From Squalus acanthias (lineage: Eukaryota), in NCBI GenBank assembly GCA_030390025.1, contig CM059431.1, positions 145,392,001 through 145,456,000 of the forward strand: a stretch of DNA of 64,000 nt. The letters run 5' to 3'. Below the pieces are notes generated by a model. The model saw nothing but the letters and a program-made list of their open reading frames with translations, was not told the DNA's origin and made no database searches. Below, piece after piece: positions 23,001 through 38,000 of the stretch. Each line of letters opens with the position of its first letter. Within the stretch, counting starts at the first letter, position 1. The translations under genes were made by a program, and so were the position numbers.

Positions 23001-26000
23001 AAGGGCTGTGTCATGATGCTGGATGTATTGGAGAGTGTGAAGGGCTGTGTCATGATGCTGGATGTAGTGGAGAGTGTGAAGGGCTGTGTCATGATGCTGG
23101 AAGTATTGGAGAGTGTGAAGGGCTGTGTCATGATGCTGGATGTTTTGGAGAGTGTGAAGGGCTGTGTCATGATGCTGGATGTATTGGAGAGTGTGAAGGG
23201 CTGTGTCATGATGCTGGATGTTTTGGAGAGTGTGAAGGGCTGTGTCATGATGCTGGATCTATTGGAGAGTGTGAAGGGCTGTGTCATGATGCTGGATGTA
23301 TTGGAGAGTGTGAAGGGCTGTGTCATGATGCTGGATGTATTGGAGTGTGTGAATGACTGTGTCATGATGCAGGATTTATTGGAGACTATGAAGGGCTGTT
23401 TCATGATGCTGGATGTATTGGAGAGTGTGAAGGGCTGTGTCATGATGCTGGATGTATTGGAGAGTGTGAAGGGCTGTGTCATGATGCTGGATGTATTAGG
23501 AGAGTGTGAAGGGCTGTGTCATGATGCTGGTTGTATTGGAGAGTGTGAAGGGCTGTGTCATGATGTTGGATGTATTGGAAAGTGTGAAGGCCTGTGTCAT
23601 GATGCTGGATGTATTGGAGAGTGTGAAGGGCTGTGTCATGATGCAGGATGTATTGGAGAGTGTGAAGGACTGTGTCCTGATACTGGATCTATTGGAGAGT
23701 GTAAAGGGTTGTGTCATGATGCAGGATGTATTGGAGAGCGTGAAGGGCTGTGTCATGATGCAGGATGTATTGGAGAGTGTGAAGGGCTGTGTCATGATGC
23801 TGGATTTATTGGAGAGTGTGAAGGACTGTGCAATGATGCTGGATTTATTGGAGAGTGTCATGGGCTGTGTCATGATGCTGGATGTATTGGAGAGTGTGAA
23901 GGGCTGTGTCATGTTGCTGGTTCTATTGGAGAGTGCGAAGGGCTGTGTCATGATGCTGGATGTATTGGAGAGAGTGAAGGGCTGTGTCATGAAGCTGGAT
24001 GTATTGGAGAGTGTGAAGTGCTGCGTCACGATGCTGGATATTTGGAGAGTGTGAAGGGCTGTGTCATGATGCTGGATGTATTGGAGAGTGTGAAGGGCTG
24101 TGTCATGATGCTGGATGTACTGGAGAGTGGGAAGGGCTGTGTCATGATGCTGGATGTTTTGGAGCTTGTGAAGGGCTGTGTCATGAAGCTGGATGTATTG
24201 GAGAGTGTGAAGGGCTGTTTCATGATGCTGGATGTATTGGAGTGTGTGAAGGGCTGTGTCATGTTGTTGGTTGATTTGGAGATTGTGAAGGGCTGTGTCA
24301 TGAAGCTGGATCTATTGGAGAGTGTGAAGGGCTGTTTCATGATGCAGGATGTATTGGAGAGTGTGAAGGGCTGTGTCATGATGCTGGATCTATTGGAGAG
24401 TGTGAAGGGCTGTGTCATGATGCAGGATGTATTGGAGAGTGTGAAGGGCTTTGTCATGATGCTGGATCTATTGGAGAGTGTGAAGGGCTGTGTCATGATG
24501 CAGGATGTATTGGAGAGTGTGAAGGGCTGTGTCATGATGCTGGATGTATTGGAGAGTGTGAAGGGCTGTGTCATGATGCTGGATCTATTGGAGTGTGTGA
24601 AGGGCTGTGACATGATGCAGGATGTATTGGAGAGTGTGAAGGGCTGTCTCATGATGCGGGATTTATTGGAGATTGTGAAGGACTGTGTCATGATGCTGGA
24701 TTTATTGGCGAGTGTGAAGAGCTGTTTCATGATGCTGGATGTGCTGAAGTGAGTGAAGGGCTGTGTCATGATGCTGGATGTATTGGAGAGTGTGAAGGGC
24801 TGTGTCATGATGCTGGATCTATTGGAGAGTGTGAAGGGCTGTGTCATGATGCTGGATGTATTGGAGAGTGTGAAGGGCTGTGTCATGATGCTGGATCTAT
24901 TGGAGAGTGCGAAGGGCTGTGTCATGATGCTGGATGCATTGGAGAGTGTGAAGTGCTGTGTCATGATGCTGGATCTATTGGAGAGTGTGAAGGGCTGTGT
25001 CATGATGCTGGATGTATTGGAGAGTGTGAAGGGCTGTGTCATGATGCTGGATGTGCTGAAGAGAGTGATGGGCTGTGTCATGATGCTGGATGTATTGGAG
25101 AGTGTGAAGGGCTGTGTCATGATGCTGGATGTTTTGGAGAGTGTGAAGGGCTATGTCACGATGCTGGATGTTTTGGAGAGTTTGAAGGGCTGTGACATGA
25201 TGCTGGATGTAGTGGAGAGTGTGAAGGGCTGTGACATGATGCTGGAAGTATTGGAGAGTGTGAAGGGCTGTGACATGATGCTGGATGTAGTGGAGAGTGT
25301 GAAGGGCTGTGACATGATGCTGGAAGTATTGGAGAGTGTGAAGGGCTGTGTCATGATGCTGGATCTTTTGGAGAGTGTGAAGGACTGTGTCATGATGCTG
25401 GATGTATTGGAGAGTGTGAAGGGCTGTGAAATCATGCTGGAAGTATTGGAGAGTGTGAAGGGCTGTGTCATGATGCTGGATGTATTGGAGAGTGTGAAGG
25501 GCTGTGTCCTGATGCTGGATGTTTTGGAGAGTGTGAAGTACTGTGTCATGATGCTGGATGTATTGGAGAGTGTGAAGGGCTGTGTCATGATACTGAATGT
25601 TTTGTAGAGTGTGAAGGGGTGTGTCATGATGCTGGATGTATTGGAGAGTGTGAAGGTCTGTGTCATGATGCTGGATATATTGGAGAGTGAGAAGGGCTGT
25701 GTCATGATGCAGGATCCATTGGAGAGTGTGAAGGGCTGTGTCATGATGCTGGATTTATTGGAGTGTGTGAAAGACTGTGTCATGATGCAGGATTTATTGG
25801 AGACTATGAAGGGCTGTTTCATGATGCTGGATGTATTGGAGAGTGTGAAGGGCTGTGTCATGATGCTGGATGTATTGGAGAGTGTGAAGGGCTGTGTCAT
25901 GATGCTGGATGTATTAGGAGAGTGTGAAGGGCTGTGTCATGATGCTGTTTGTATTGGAGAGTGTGAAGGGCTGTGTCATGATGTTGGATGTATTGGAAAG

Positions 26001-29000
26001 TGTGAAGGGCTGTGTCATGATGCTGGATGTATTGGAGAGTGTGAAGGGCTGTGTCATGATGCAGGATGTATTGGAGAGTGTGAAGGACTGTGTCCTGATA
26101 CTGGATCTATTGGAGAGTGTAAAGGGTTGTGTCATGATGCAGGATGTATTGGAGAGAGTGAAGGGCTGTGTCATGATGCAGGATGTATTGGAGAGTGTGA
26201 AGGGCTGTGTCATGATGCTGGATTTATTGGAGAGTGTGAAGGACTGTGTAATGATGCTGGATTTATTGGAGAGTGTCATGGGCTGTGTCATGATGCTGGA
26301 TGTATTGGTGAGTGTGAAGGGCTGTGTCATGTTGCTGGTTCTATTGGAGAGTGCGAAGGGCTGTGTCATGATGCTGGATGTTCGGAGAGAGTGAAGGGCT
26401 GTGTCATGAAGATGGATGTACTGGAGAGTGTGAAGTGCTGCGTCACGATGCTGGATGTTTTGTAGAGGGTGAAGGGCTGTGTCATGATGCTGGATGTATT
26501 GGAGAGTGTGAAGGGCTGTGTCATGTTGTTGGTTGATTTGGAGATTGTGAAGGGCTGTGTCATGAAGCTGGATCTATTGGACAGTGTGAAGGGCTGTTTC
26601 ATGATGCAGGATGTATTGGAGAGTGTGAAGGGCTGTGTCATGATGCTGGATCTATTGGAGAGTGTGAAGGGCTGTGTCATGATGCAGGATGTATTGGAGA
26701 GTGTGAAGGGCTGTGTTATGATGCTGGATCTATTGGAGAGTGTGAAGGGCTGTGTCATGATGCAGGATGTATTGGAGAGTGTGAAGGGCTGTGTCATGAT
26801 GCTGGATGTATTGGAGAGTGTGAAGGGCTGTGTCATGATGCTGGATCTATTGGAGAGTGTGAAGGGCTGTGACATGATGCAGGATGTATTGTGGAGTGTG
26901 AAGGGCTGTCTCATGATGCTGGATTTATTGGAGATTGTGAAGGATTGTGTCATGATGCTGGATTTATTGGCGAGTGTGAAGGGCTGTTTCATGATGCTGG
27001 ATGTGCTGAAGTGAGTGAAGGGCTGTGTCATGATGCTGGATGTATTGGAGAGTGTGAAGGGCTGTGTCATGATGTTGGATGTTATGGATAGTGTGAAGGG
27101 CTGTGTCATGATGCTGGATCTATTGGATAGTGTGAAGGGCTGTGTCATGATACTGGATCTATTGGAGAGTGCGAAGGGCTGTGTCATGATGCAGGATGTA
27201 TTGGAGAGTGTGAAGGGCTGTGTCATGATGCTGGATCTATTGGAGAGTGTGAAGGGCTGTGTCATGATACAGGATGTATTGGAGAGTGTGAAGGGCTGTG
27301 TCATGATGCTGGTTTTATTGGAGAGTGTGAAGGACTGTGTCATGATGCTGGATTTATTGGAGAGTGTCATGGGCTGTGTCATGATGTTTGATGTATTGGA
27401 GAGTGTCTAGGGCTGTGTCATGATTCTGGATCTATTGGAGAATGCGAAGGGCTGTGTCATGATGCTGGATGTATTGGAGAGTATGAAGGGTTGTGTCATG
27501 ATACTGGATCTATTGGAGAGTGCGAAGGGCTGTGTCATGATGCAGGATGTATTGGAGAGTGTGAAGGGTTGTGTCATGATGCTGGATGTTTTGGAGAGTG
27601 TGAAGGGCTGTGTCATGATGCTGGATGTATTGGAGAGTGTGAAGGGCTCTGTCATGATGCTGGATGTACTGGAGAGTGGGAAGGGCTGTGTCATGATGCT
27701 GGATGTTTTGGAGCTTGTGAAGGGCTGTGTCATGAAGCTGGATGTATTGGAGAGTGTGAAGGGCTGTGTCATGAAGCTGGGGGTATTGGCGAGTGTGAAG
27801 GGCTGTTTCATGATGCTGGATGTATTGGAGAGTGTGAAGGGCTGTGTCATGATGTTGGTTGTTTTGGAGATTGTGAAGGGCTGTGTCATGATGCTGGATC
27901 TATTGGAGAGTGTGAAGGGCTGTGTCATGATGCTGGATGTATTGGAGAGTGTGAAGGGCTGTGTCATGATGCAGGATGTATTGGAGAGTGTGAAGGGCTG
28001 TGTCATGATGCTGGATCTATTGGAGAGTGTGAAGGGCTGTGTCATGATGCTGGATGTATTGGAGAGTGTGAAGGGCTGTGTCATGATGCTGGATCTATTG
28101 GAGAGTGTGAAGGGCTGTGTCATGATGCAGGATGCATTGGAGAGTGTGAAGGGCTGTGTCATGATGCTGGATTTATTGGAGAGTGTGAAGGCTGTGTCAT
28201 GATGCTGGATGTATTGGCGAGTGTGAAGGGCTGTGTCATGATGCTGGATGTGCTGAAGAGAGTGAGGGCTGTGTCATGATGCTGGATGTTTTGGAGAGTG
28301 TGAAGGGCTGTGTCATGATGCTGGATTTATTGGAGAGTGTGAAGGACTGTGTAATGATGCTGGATTTATTGGAGAGTGTCATGGGCTGTGTCATGATGCT
28401 GGATGTATTGGAGAGTGTGAAGGGCTGTGTCATGTTGTTGGTTGTTTTGGAGATTGTGAAGGGCTGTGTCATGATGCTGGATCTATTGGAGAGTGTGAAG
28501 GGCTGTGTCATGATGCTGGATGTATTGGAGAGTGTGAAGGGCTGTGTCATGATGCAAGATGTATTGGAGAGTGTGAAGGGCTGTGTCATGATGCTGGATC
28601 TATTGGAGAGTGTGAAGGGCTGTGTCATGATGCTGGATGTATTGGAGAGTGTGAAGGGCTGTGTCATGATGCTGGATCTATTGGAGAGTGTGAAGGGCTG
28701 TGTCATGATGCAGGATGCATTGGAGAGTGTGAAGGGCTGTGTCATGATGCTGGATTTATTGGAGAGTGTGAAGGATTGTGTCATGATGCTGGATGTATTG
28801 GCGAGTGTGAAGGGCTGTTTCATGATGCTGGATGTGCTGAAGAGAGTGAGGGGCTGTGTCATGATGCTGGATGTTTTGGAGAGTGTGAAGGGCTGCGTCA
28901 CGATGCTGGATTTATTGGAGAATGTGAAGGACTGTGTAATGATGCTGGATTTATTGGAGAGTGTCATGGGCTGTGTCATGATGCTGGATGTATTGGTGAG

Positions 29001-32000
29001 TGTGAAGGGCTGTGTCATGTTGCTGGTTCTATTGGAGAGTGCGAAGGGCTGTGTCATGATGCTGGATGTTCGGAGAGAGTGAAGGGCTGTGTCATGAAGA
29101 TGGATGTACTGGAGAGTGTGAAGTGCTGCGTCACGATGCTGGATGTTTTGGAGAGTGTGAAGGGCTGTGTCATGATGCTGGATGTATTGGAGAGTGTGAA
29201 GGGCTGTGTCATGTTGTTGGTTGATTTGGAGATTGTGAAGGGCTGTGTCATGAAGCTGGATCTATTGGAGAGTGTGAAGGGCTGTTTCATGATGCAGGAT
29301 GTATTGGAGAGTGTGAAGGGCTGTGTCATGATGCTGGATCTATTGGAGAGTGTGAAGGGCTGTGTCATGATGCAGGATGTATTGGAGAGTGTGAAGGGCT
29401 GTGTCATGATGCTGGATCTATTGGAGAGTGTGAAGGGCTGTGTCATGATGCAGGATGTATTGGAGAGTGTGAAGGGCTGTGTCATGATGCTGGATGTATT
29501 GGAGAGTGTGAAGGGCTGTGTCATGATGCTGGATCTATTGGAGAGTGTGAAGGGCTGTGACATGATGCAGGATGTATTGGAGAGTGTGAAGGGCTGTCTC
29601 ATGATGCTGGATTTATTGGAGATTGTGAAGGATTGTGTCATGATGCTGGATTTATTGGCGAGTGTGAAGGGCTGTTTCATGATGCTGGATGTGCTGAAGT
29701 GAGTGAAGGGCTGTGTCATGATGCTGGATGTATTGGAGTGTGTGAAGGGCTGTGTCATGATGTTGGATGTTATGGATAGTGTGAAGGGCTGTGTCATGAT
29801 GCTGGATCTATTGGATAGTGTGAAGGGCTGTGTCATGATACTAGATCTATTGGAGAGTGCGAAGGGCTGTGTCATGATGCAGGATGTATTGGAGAGTGTG
29901 AAGGGCTGTGTCATGATGCTGGATCTATTGGAGAGTGTGAAGGGCTGTGTCATGATACAGGATGTATTGGAGAGTGTGAAGGGCTGTGTCATGATGCTGG
30001 TTTTATTGGAGAGTGTGAAGGACTGTGTCATGATGCTGGATTTATTGGAGAGTGTCATGGGCTGTGTCATGATGTTTGATGTATTGGAGAGTGTCAAGGG
30101 CTGTGTCATGATGCTGGATCTATTGGAGAATGCGAAGGGCTGTGTCATGATGCTGGATGTATTGGAGAGTATGAAGGGTTGTGTCATGATACTGGATCTA
30201 TTGGAGAGTGCGAAGGGCTGTGTCATGATGCAGGATGTATTGGAGAGTGTGAAGGGTTGTGTCATGATGCTGGATGTTTTGGAGAGTGTGAAGGGCTGTG
30301 TCATGATGCTGGATGTATTGGAGAGTGTGAAGGGCTGTGTCATGATACTGAATGTTTTGTAGAGTGTGAAGGGCTGTGTCATGATGCTGGATGTATTGGA
30401 GAGTGTGAAGGGCTGTGTCATGATGCTGGATGTATTGGAGAGTGTGAAGGGCTGTGTCATGATGCTGGATCTATTGGAGAGTGTGAAGGGCTGTGTCATG
30501 ATGCTGGATGTATTGGAGAGTGTGAAGGGCTGTGTCATGATGCTGGATTTATTGGAGAGTGTGAAGGGCTGTGTCATGATGCTGGATGTATTGGAGAGTG
30601 TGAAGGGCTGTGTCATGATGCTGGATGTATTGGAGAGTGTGAAGGGCTGTGTCATGATGCTGGATGTATTGGAGAGTGTGAAGGGCTGTGTCATGATGCT
30701 GGATGTATTGGAGAGTGTGAAGGGCTGTGTCATGATGCTGGATCTATTGGAGAGTGTGAAGGGCTGTGTCATGATGCAGGATGTATTGGAGAGTGTGAAG
30801 GGCTGTGTCATGATGCTGGATGTATTGGAGAGTGTGAAGGGCTGTGTCATGATGCTGGATGTATTGGAGAGTGTGAAGGGCTGTGTCATGATGCTGGATG
30901 TATTGGAGAGTGTGAAGGGCTGTGTCATGATGCTGGATGTATTGGAGAGTGTGAAGGGCTGTGTCATGATGCTGGATGTATTGGAGAGTGTGAAGGGCTG
31001 TGTCATGATGCTGGATGTATTGGAGAGTGTGAAGGGCTGTGTCATGATGCTGGATGTATTGGAGAGTGTGAAGGGCTGTGTCATGATGCTGGATTTATTG
31101 GAGAGTGTGAAGGGCTGTGTCATGATGCTGGATGTATTGGAGAGTGTGAAGGGCTGTGTCATGATGCTGGATGTATTGGAGAGTGTGAAGGGCTGTGTCA
31201 TGATGCTGGATGTATTGGAGAGTGTGAAGGGCTGTGTCATGATGCTGGATGTATTGGAGAGTGTGAAGGGCTGTGTCATGATGCTGGATGTATTGGAGAG
31301 TGTGAAGGGCTGTGTCATGATGCTGGATGTATTGGAGAGTGTGAAGGGCTGTGTCATGATGCTGGATGTATTGGAGAGTGTGAAGGGCTGTGTCATGATG
31401 CTGGATCTATTGGAGAGTGTGAAGGGCTGTGTCATGATGCAGGATGTATTGGAGAGTGTGAAGGGCTGTGTCATGATGCTGGATTTATTGGAGAGTGTGA
31501 AGGACTGTGTCATGATGCTGGATTTATTGGAGAGTGTCATGGGCTGTGTCATGATGCTGGATGTATTGGAGAGTGTGAAGGGCTGTGTCATGATGCTGGA
31601 TCTATTGGAGAGTGCGAAGGGCTGTGTCATGATGCTGGATGTATTGGAGAGTGTGAAGGGCTGTGTCATGATGCTGGATCTATTGGAGAGTGTGAAGGGC
31701 TGTGTCATGATGCTGGATGTATTGGAGAGTGTGAAGGGCTGTGTCATGATGCTGGATGTATTGGAGAGTGTGAAGGGCTGTGTCATGATGCTGGATGTAT
31801 TGGAGAGTGTGAAGGGCTGTGTCATGATGCTGGATGTACTGGAGAGTGTGAAGGGCTGTGTCATGATGCTGGATGTATTGGAGAGTGTGAAGGGCTGTGT
31901 CATGATGCTGGATGTATTGGAGAGTGTGAAGGGCTGTGTCATGATGCTGGATGTATTGGAGAGTGTGAAGGGCTGTGTCATGATGCTGGATGTATTGGAG

Positions 32001-35000
32001 AGTGTGAAGGGCTGTGTCATGATGCTGGATGTATTGGAGAGTGTGAAGGGCTGTGTCATGATGCTGGATGTATTGGAGAGTGTGAAGGGCTGTGTCATGA
32101 TGCTGGATGTATTGGAGAGTGTGAAGGGCTGTGTCATGATGCTGGATGTATTGGAGAGTGTGAAGGGCTGTGTCATGATGCTGGATCTATTGGAGAGTGT
32201 GAAGGGCTGTGTCATGATGCTGGATGTATTGGAGAGTGTGAAGGGCTGTGTCATGATGCTGGATGTATTGGAGAGTGTGAAGGGCTGTGTCATGATGCTG
32301 GATGTATTGGAGAGTGTGAAGGGCTGTGTCATGATGCTGGATTTATTGGAGAGTGTGAAGGGCTGTGTCATGATGCTGGATGTATTGGAGAGTGTGAAGG
32401 GCTGTGTCATGATGCTGGATGTATTGGAGAGTGTGAAGGGCTGTGTCATGATGCTGGATGTATTGGAGAGTGTGAAGGGCTGTGTCATGATGCTGGATTT
32501 ATTGGAGAGTGTGAAGGGCTGTGTCATGATGCTGGATTTATTGGAGAGTGTGAAGGGCTGTGTCATGATGCTGGATGTATTGGAGAGTGTGAAGGGCTGT
32601 GTCATGATGCTGGATCTATTGGAGAGTGTGAAGGGCTGTGTCATGATGCTGGATGTATTGGAGAGTGTGAAGGGCTGTGTCATGATGCTGGATGTATTGG
32701 AGAGTGTGAAGGGCTGTGTCATGATGCTGGATGTATTGGAGAGTGTGAAGGGCTGTGTCATGATGCTGGATGTATTGGAGAGTGTGAAGGGCTGTGTCAT
32801 GATGCTGGATGTATTGGAGAGTGTGAAGGGCTGTGTCATGATGCTGGATGTATTGGAGAGTGTGAAGGGCTGTGTCATGATGCTGGATGTATTGGAGAGT
32901 GTGAAGGGCTGTGTCATGATGCTGGATGTATTGGAGAGTGTGAAGGGCTGTGTCATGATGCTGGATGTATTGGAGAGTGTGAAGGGCTGTGTCATGATGC
33001 TGGATGTATTGGAGAGTGTGAAGGGCTGTGTCATGATGCTGGATGTATTGGAGAGTGTGAAGGGCTGTGTCATGATGCTGGATCTATTGGAGAGTGTGAA
33101 GGGCTGTGTCATGATGCTGGATGTATTGGAGAGTGTGAAGGGCTGTGTCATGATGCTGGATGTATTGGAGAGTGTGAAGGGCTGTGTCATGATGCTGGAT
33201 GTATTGGAGAGTGTGAAGGGCTGTGTCATGATGCTGGATGTATTGGAGAGTGTGAAGGGCTGTGTCATGATGCTGGATCTATTGGAGAGTGTGAAGGGCT
33301 GTGTCATGATGCAGGATGTATTGGAGAGTGTGAAGGGCTGTGTCATGATGCTGGATTTATTGGAGTGTGTGAATGACTGTGTCATGATGCTGGATTTATT
33401 GGAGAGTGTGAAGGGCTGTTTCATGATGCTGGATGTATTGGAGAGTGTGAAGGGCTGTGTCATGATGCTGGATGTATTGGAGAGTGTGAAGGGCTGTGTC
33501 ATGATGCTGGATGTATTGGAGAGTGTGAAGGGCTGTGTCATGATGCTGGATGTATTGGAGAGTGTGAAGGGCTGTGTCATGATGCTGGATTATTGGAGAG
33601 TGTGAAGGGCTGTGTCATGATGCTGGATGTATTGGAGAGTGTGAAGGGCTGTGTCATGATGCTGGATGTATTGGAGAGTGTGAAGGGCTGTGTCATGATG
33701 CTGGATGTATTGGAGAGTGTGAAGGGCTGTGTCATGATGCTGGATTTATTGGAGAGTGTGAAGGGCTGTGTCATGATGCTGGATTTATTGGAGAGTGTGA
33801 AGGGCTGTGTCATGATGCTGGATGTATTGGAGAGTGTGAAGGGCTGTGTCATGATGCTGGATGTATTGGAGAGTGTGAAGGGCTGTGTCATGATGCTGGA
33901 TGTATTGGAGAGTGTGAAGGGCTGTGTCATGATGCTGGATCTATTGGAGAGTGTGAAGGGCTGTGTCATGATGCTGGATGTATTGGAGAGTGTGAAGGGC
34001 TGTGTCATGATGCTGGATGTTTTGGAGAGTGTGAAGGGCTGTGTCATGATGCTGGATGTATTGGAGAGTGTGAAGGGCTGTGTCATGATGCTGGATGTAC
34101 TGGAGAGTGTGAAGGGCTGTGTCATGATGCTGGATGTTTTGGAGAGTGTGAAGGGCTGTGTCATGATGCTGGATGTATTGGAGAGTGTGAAGGGCTGTGT
34201 CATGATGCTGGATGTATTGGAGAGTGTGAAGGGCTGTGTCATGATGCTGGATGTATTGGAGAGTGTGAAGGGCTGTGTCATGATGCTGGATGTTTTGGAG
34301 AGTGTGAAGGGCTGTGTCATGATGCTGGATGTATTGGAGAGTGTGAAGGGCTGTGTCATGATGCTGGATGTATTGGAGAGTGTGAAGGGCTGTGTCATGA
34401 TGCTGGATGTATTGGAGAGTGTGAAGGGCTGTGTCATGATGCTGGATGTATTGGAGAGTGTGAAGGGCTGTGTCATGATGCTGGATGTATTGGAGAGTGT
34501 GAAGGGCTGTGTCATGATGCTGGATGTATTGGAGAGTGTGAAGGGCTGTGTCATGATGCTGGATGTATTGGAGAGTGTGAAGGGCTGTGTCATGATGCTG
34601 GATGTATTGGAGAGTGTGAAGGGCTGTGTCATGATGCTGGATGTATTGGAGAGTGTGAAGGGCTGTGTCATGATGCTGGATGTATTGGAGAGTGTGAAGG
34701 GCTGTGTCATGATGCTGGATGTATTGGAGAGTGTGAAGGGCTGTGTCATGATGCTGGATGTATTGGAGAGTGTGAAGGGCTGTGTCATGATGCTGGATGT
34801 ATTGGAGAGTGTGAAGGGCTGTGTCATGATGCTGGATGTATTGGAGAGTGTGAAGGGCTGTGTCATGATGCTGGTTGTTTTGGAGAGTGTGAAGGGCTGT
34901 GTCATGATGCTGGATGTATTGGAGAGTGTGAAGGGCTGTGTCATGATGCTGGATGTATTGGACAGTGTGAAGGGCTGTGTCATGATGCTGGGTGTACTGG

Positions 35001-38000
35001 AGAATGTGAAGGGCTGTGTCATGATGCTGGGTGTATTGGGAGTGTGAAGGGCTGTGTCATGATGCTGGATATACTGGAGATTGTGAAGGGCTGTGTCATG
35101 ATGCTGGATGTATTGGAGAGTGTGAAGGGCTGTGTCATGATGCTGGATGTATTGGAGAGTGTGAAGGGCTGTGTCATGATGCTGGATTATTGGAGTGTAT
35201 GAAGGGCTGTGTCATGATGCTGGATGTACTGGAGAGTTTGAAGGGCTATGTCATGATGCTGGAAATATTGGAGAGTGTGAAGGGCTGTGTCATGATGTAG
35301 AATGTATTGAAGAGTATGAACAGCTGTGTCATGATGCTGGATGTATTGGAGACTGTGAAGGGCTGTGTCATGATGCTGGATGTATTGGAGAGTGTGAAGG
35401 GCTGTGTCATGATGCTGGATGTATTGGAGAGTGTGAAGGGCTGTGTCATGATGCTGGATGTATTGGAGAGTGTGAAGGGCTGTGTCATGATGCTGGATGT
35501 ATTGGAGAGTGTGAAGGGCTGTGTCATGATGCTGGATGTATTGGAGAGTGTGAAGGGCTGTGTCATGATGCTGGATGTATTGGAGAGTGTGAAGGGCTGT
35601 GTCATGATGCTGGATGTATTGGAGAGTGTGAAGGGCTGTGTCATGATGCTGGATGTATTGGAGAGTGTGAAGGGCTGTGTCATGATGCTGGATGTATTGG
35701 AGAGTGTGAAGGGCTGTGTCATGATGCTGGATGTATTGGAGAGTGTGAAGGGCTGTGTCATGATGCTGGATGTATTGGAGAGTGTGAAGGGCTGTGTCAT
35801 GATGCTGGATGTATTGGAGAGTGTGAAGGGCTGTGTCATGATGCTGGATGTATTGGAGAGTGTGAAGGGCTGTGTCATGATGCTGGATGTATTGGAGAGT
35901 GTGAAGGGCTGTGTCATGATGCTGGATGTATTGGAGAGTGTGAAGGGCTGTGTCATGATGCTGGATGTATTGGAGAGTGTGAAGGGCTGTGTCATGATGC
36001 TGGATGTATTGGAGAGTGTGAAGGGCTGTGTCATGATGCTGGATGTATTGGAGAGTGTGAAGGGCTGTGTCATGATGCTGGATGTATTGGAGAGTGTGAA
36101 GGGCTGTGTCATGATGCTGGATGTATTGGAGAGTGTGAAGGGCTGTGTCATGATGCTGGATGTATTGGAGAGTGTGAAGGGCTGTGTCATGATGCTGGAT
36201 GTATTGGAGAGTGTGAAGGGCTGTGTCATGATGCTGGATGTATTGGAGAGTGTGAAGGGCTGTGTCATGATGCTGGATGTATTGGAGAGTGTGAAGGGCT
36301 GTGTCATGATGCTGGATGTATTGGAGAGTGTGAAGGGCTGTGTCATGATGCTGGATGTATTGGAGAGTGTGAAGGGCTGTGTCATGATGCTGGATGTATT
36401 GGAGAGTGTGAAGGGCTGTGTCATGATGCTGGATGTATTGGAGAGTGTGAAGGGCTGTGTCATGATGCTGGATGTATTGGAGAGTGTGAAGGGCTGTGTC
36501 ATGATGCTGGATGTATTGGAGAGTGTGAAGGGCTGTGTCATGATGCTGGATGTATTGGAGAGTGTGAAGGGCTGTGTCATGATGCTGGATGTATTGGAGA
36601 GTGTGAAGGGCTGTGTCATGATGCTGGATGTATTGGAGAGTGTGAAGGGCTGTGTCATGATGCTGGATGTATTGGAGAGTGTGAAGGGCTGTGTCATGAT
36701 GCTGGATGTATTGGAGAGTGTGAAGGGCTGTGTCATGATGCTGGATGTATTGGAGAGTGTGAAGGGCTGTGTCATGATGCTGGATGTATTGGAGAGTGTG
36801 AAGGGCTGTGTCATGATGCTGGATGTATTGGAGAGTGTGAAGGGCTGTGTCATGATGCTGGATGTATTGGAGAGTGTGAAGGGCTGTGTCATGATGCTGG
36901 ATGTATTGGAGAGTGTGAAGGGCTGTGTCATGATGCTGGATGTATTGGAGAGTGTGAAGGGCTGTGTCATGATGCTGGATGTATTGGAGAGTGTGAAGGG
37001 CTGTGTCATGATGCTGGATGTATTGGAGAGTGTGAAGGGCTGTGTCATGATGCTGGATGTATTGGAGAGTGTGAAGGGCTGTGTCATGATGCTGGATGTA
37101 TTGGAGAGTGTGAAGGGCTGTGTCATGATGCTGGATGTATTGGAGAGTGTGAAGGGCTGTGTCATGATGCTGGATGTATTGGAGAGTGTGAAGGGCTGTG
37201 TCATGATGCTGGATGTATTGGAGAGTGTGAAGGGCTGTGTCATGATGCTGGATGTATTGGAGAGTGTGAAGGGCTGTGTCATGATGCTGGATGTATTGGA
37301 GAGTGTGAAGGGCTGTGTCATGATGCTGGATGTATTGGAGAGTGTGAAGGGCTGTGTCATGATGCTGGATGTATTGGAGAGTGTGAAGGGCTGTGTCATG
37401 ATGCTGGATGTATTGGAGAGTGTGAAGGGCTGTGTCATGATGCTGGATGTATTGGAGAGTGTGAAGGGCTGTGTCATGATGCTGGATGTATTGGAGAGTG
37501 TGAAGGGCTGTGTCATGATGCTGGATGTATTGGAGAGTGTGAAGGGCTGTGTCATGATGCTGGATGTATTGGAGAGTGTGAAGGGCTGTGTCATGATGCT
37601 GGATGTATTGGAGAGTGTGAAGGGCTGTGTCATGATGCTGGATGTATTGGAGAGTGTGAAGGGCTGTGTCATGATGCTGGATGTATTGGAGAGTGTGAAG
37701 GGCTGTGTCATGATGCTGGATGTATTGGAGAGTGTGAAGGGCTGTGTCATGATGCTGGATGTATTGGAGAGTGTGAAGGGCTGTGTCATGATGCTGGATG
37801 TATTGGAGAGTGTGAAGGGCTGTGTCATGATGCTGGATGTATTGGAGAGTGTGAAGGGCTGTGTCATGATGCTGGATGTATTGGAGAGTGTGAAGGGCTG
37901 TGTCATGATGCTGGATGTATTGGAGAGTGTGAAGGGCTGTGTCATGATGCTGGATGTATTGGAGAGTGTGAAGGGCTGTGTCATGATGCTGGATGTATTG

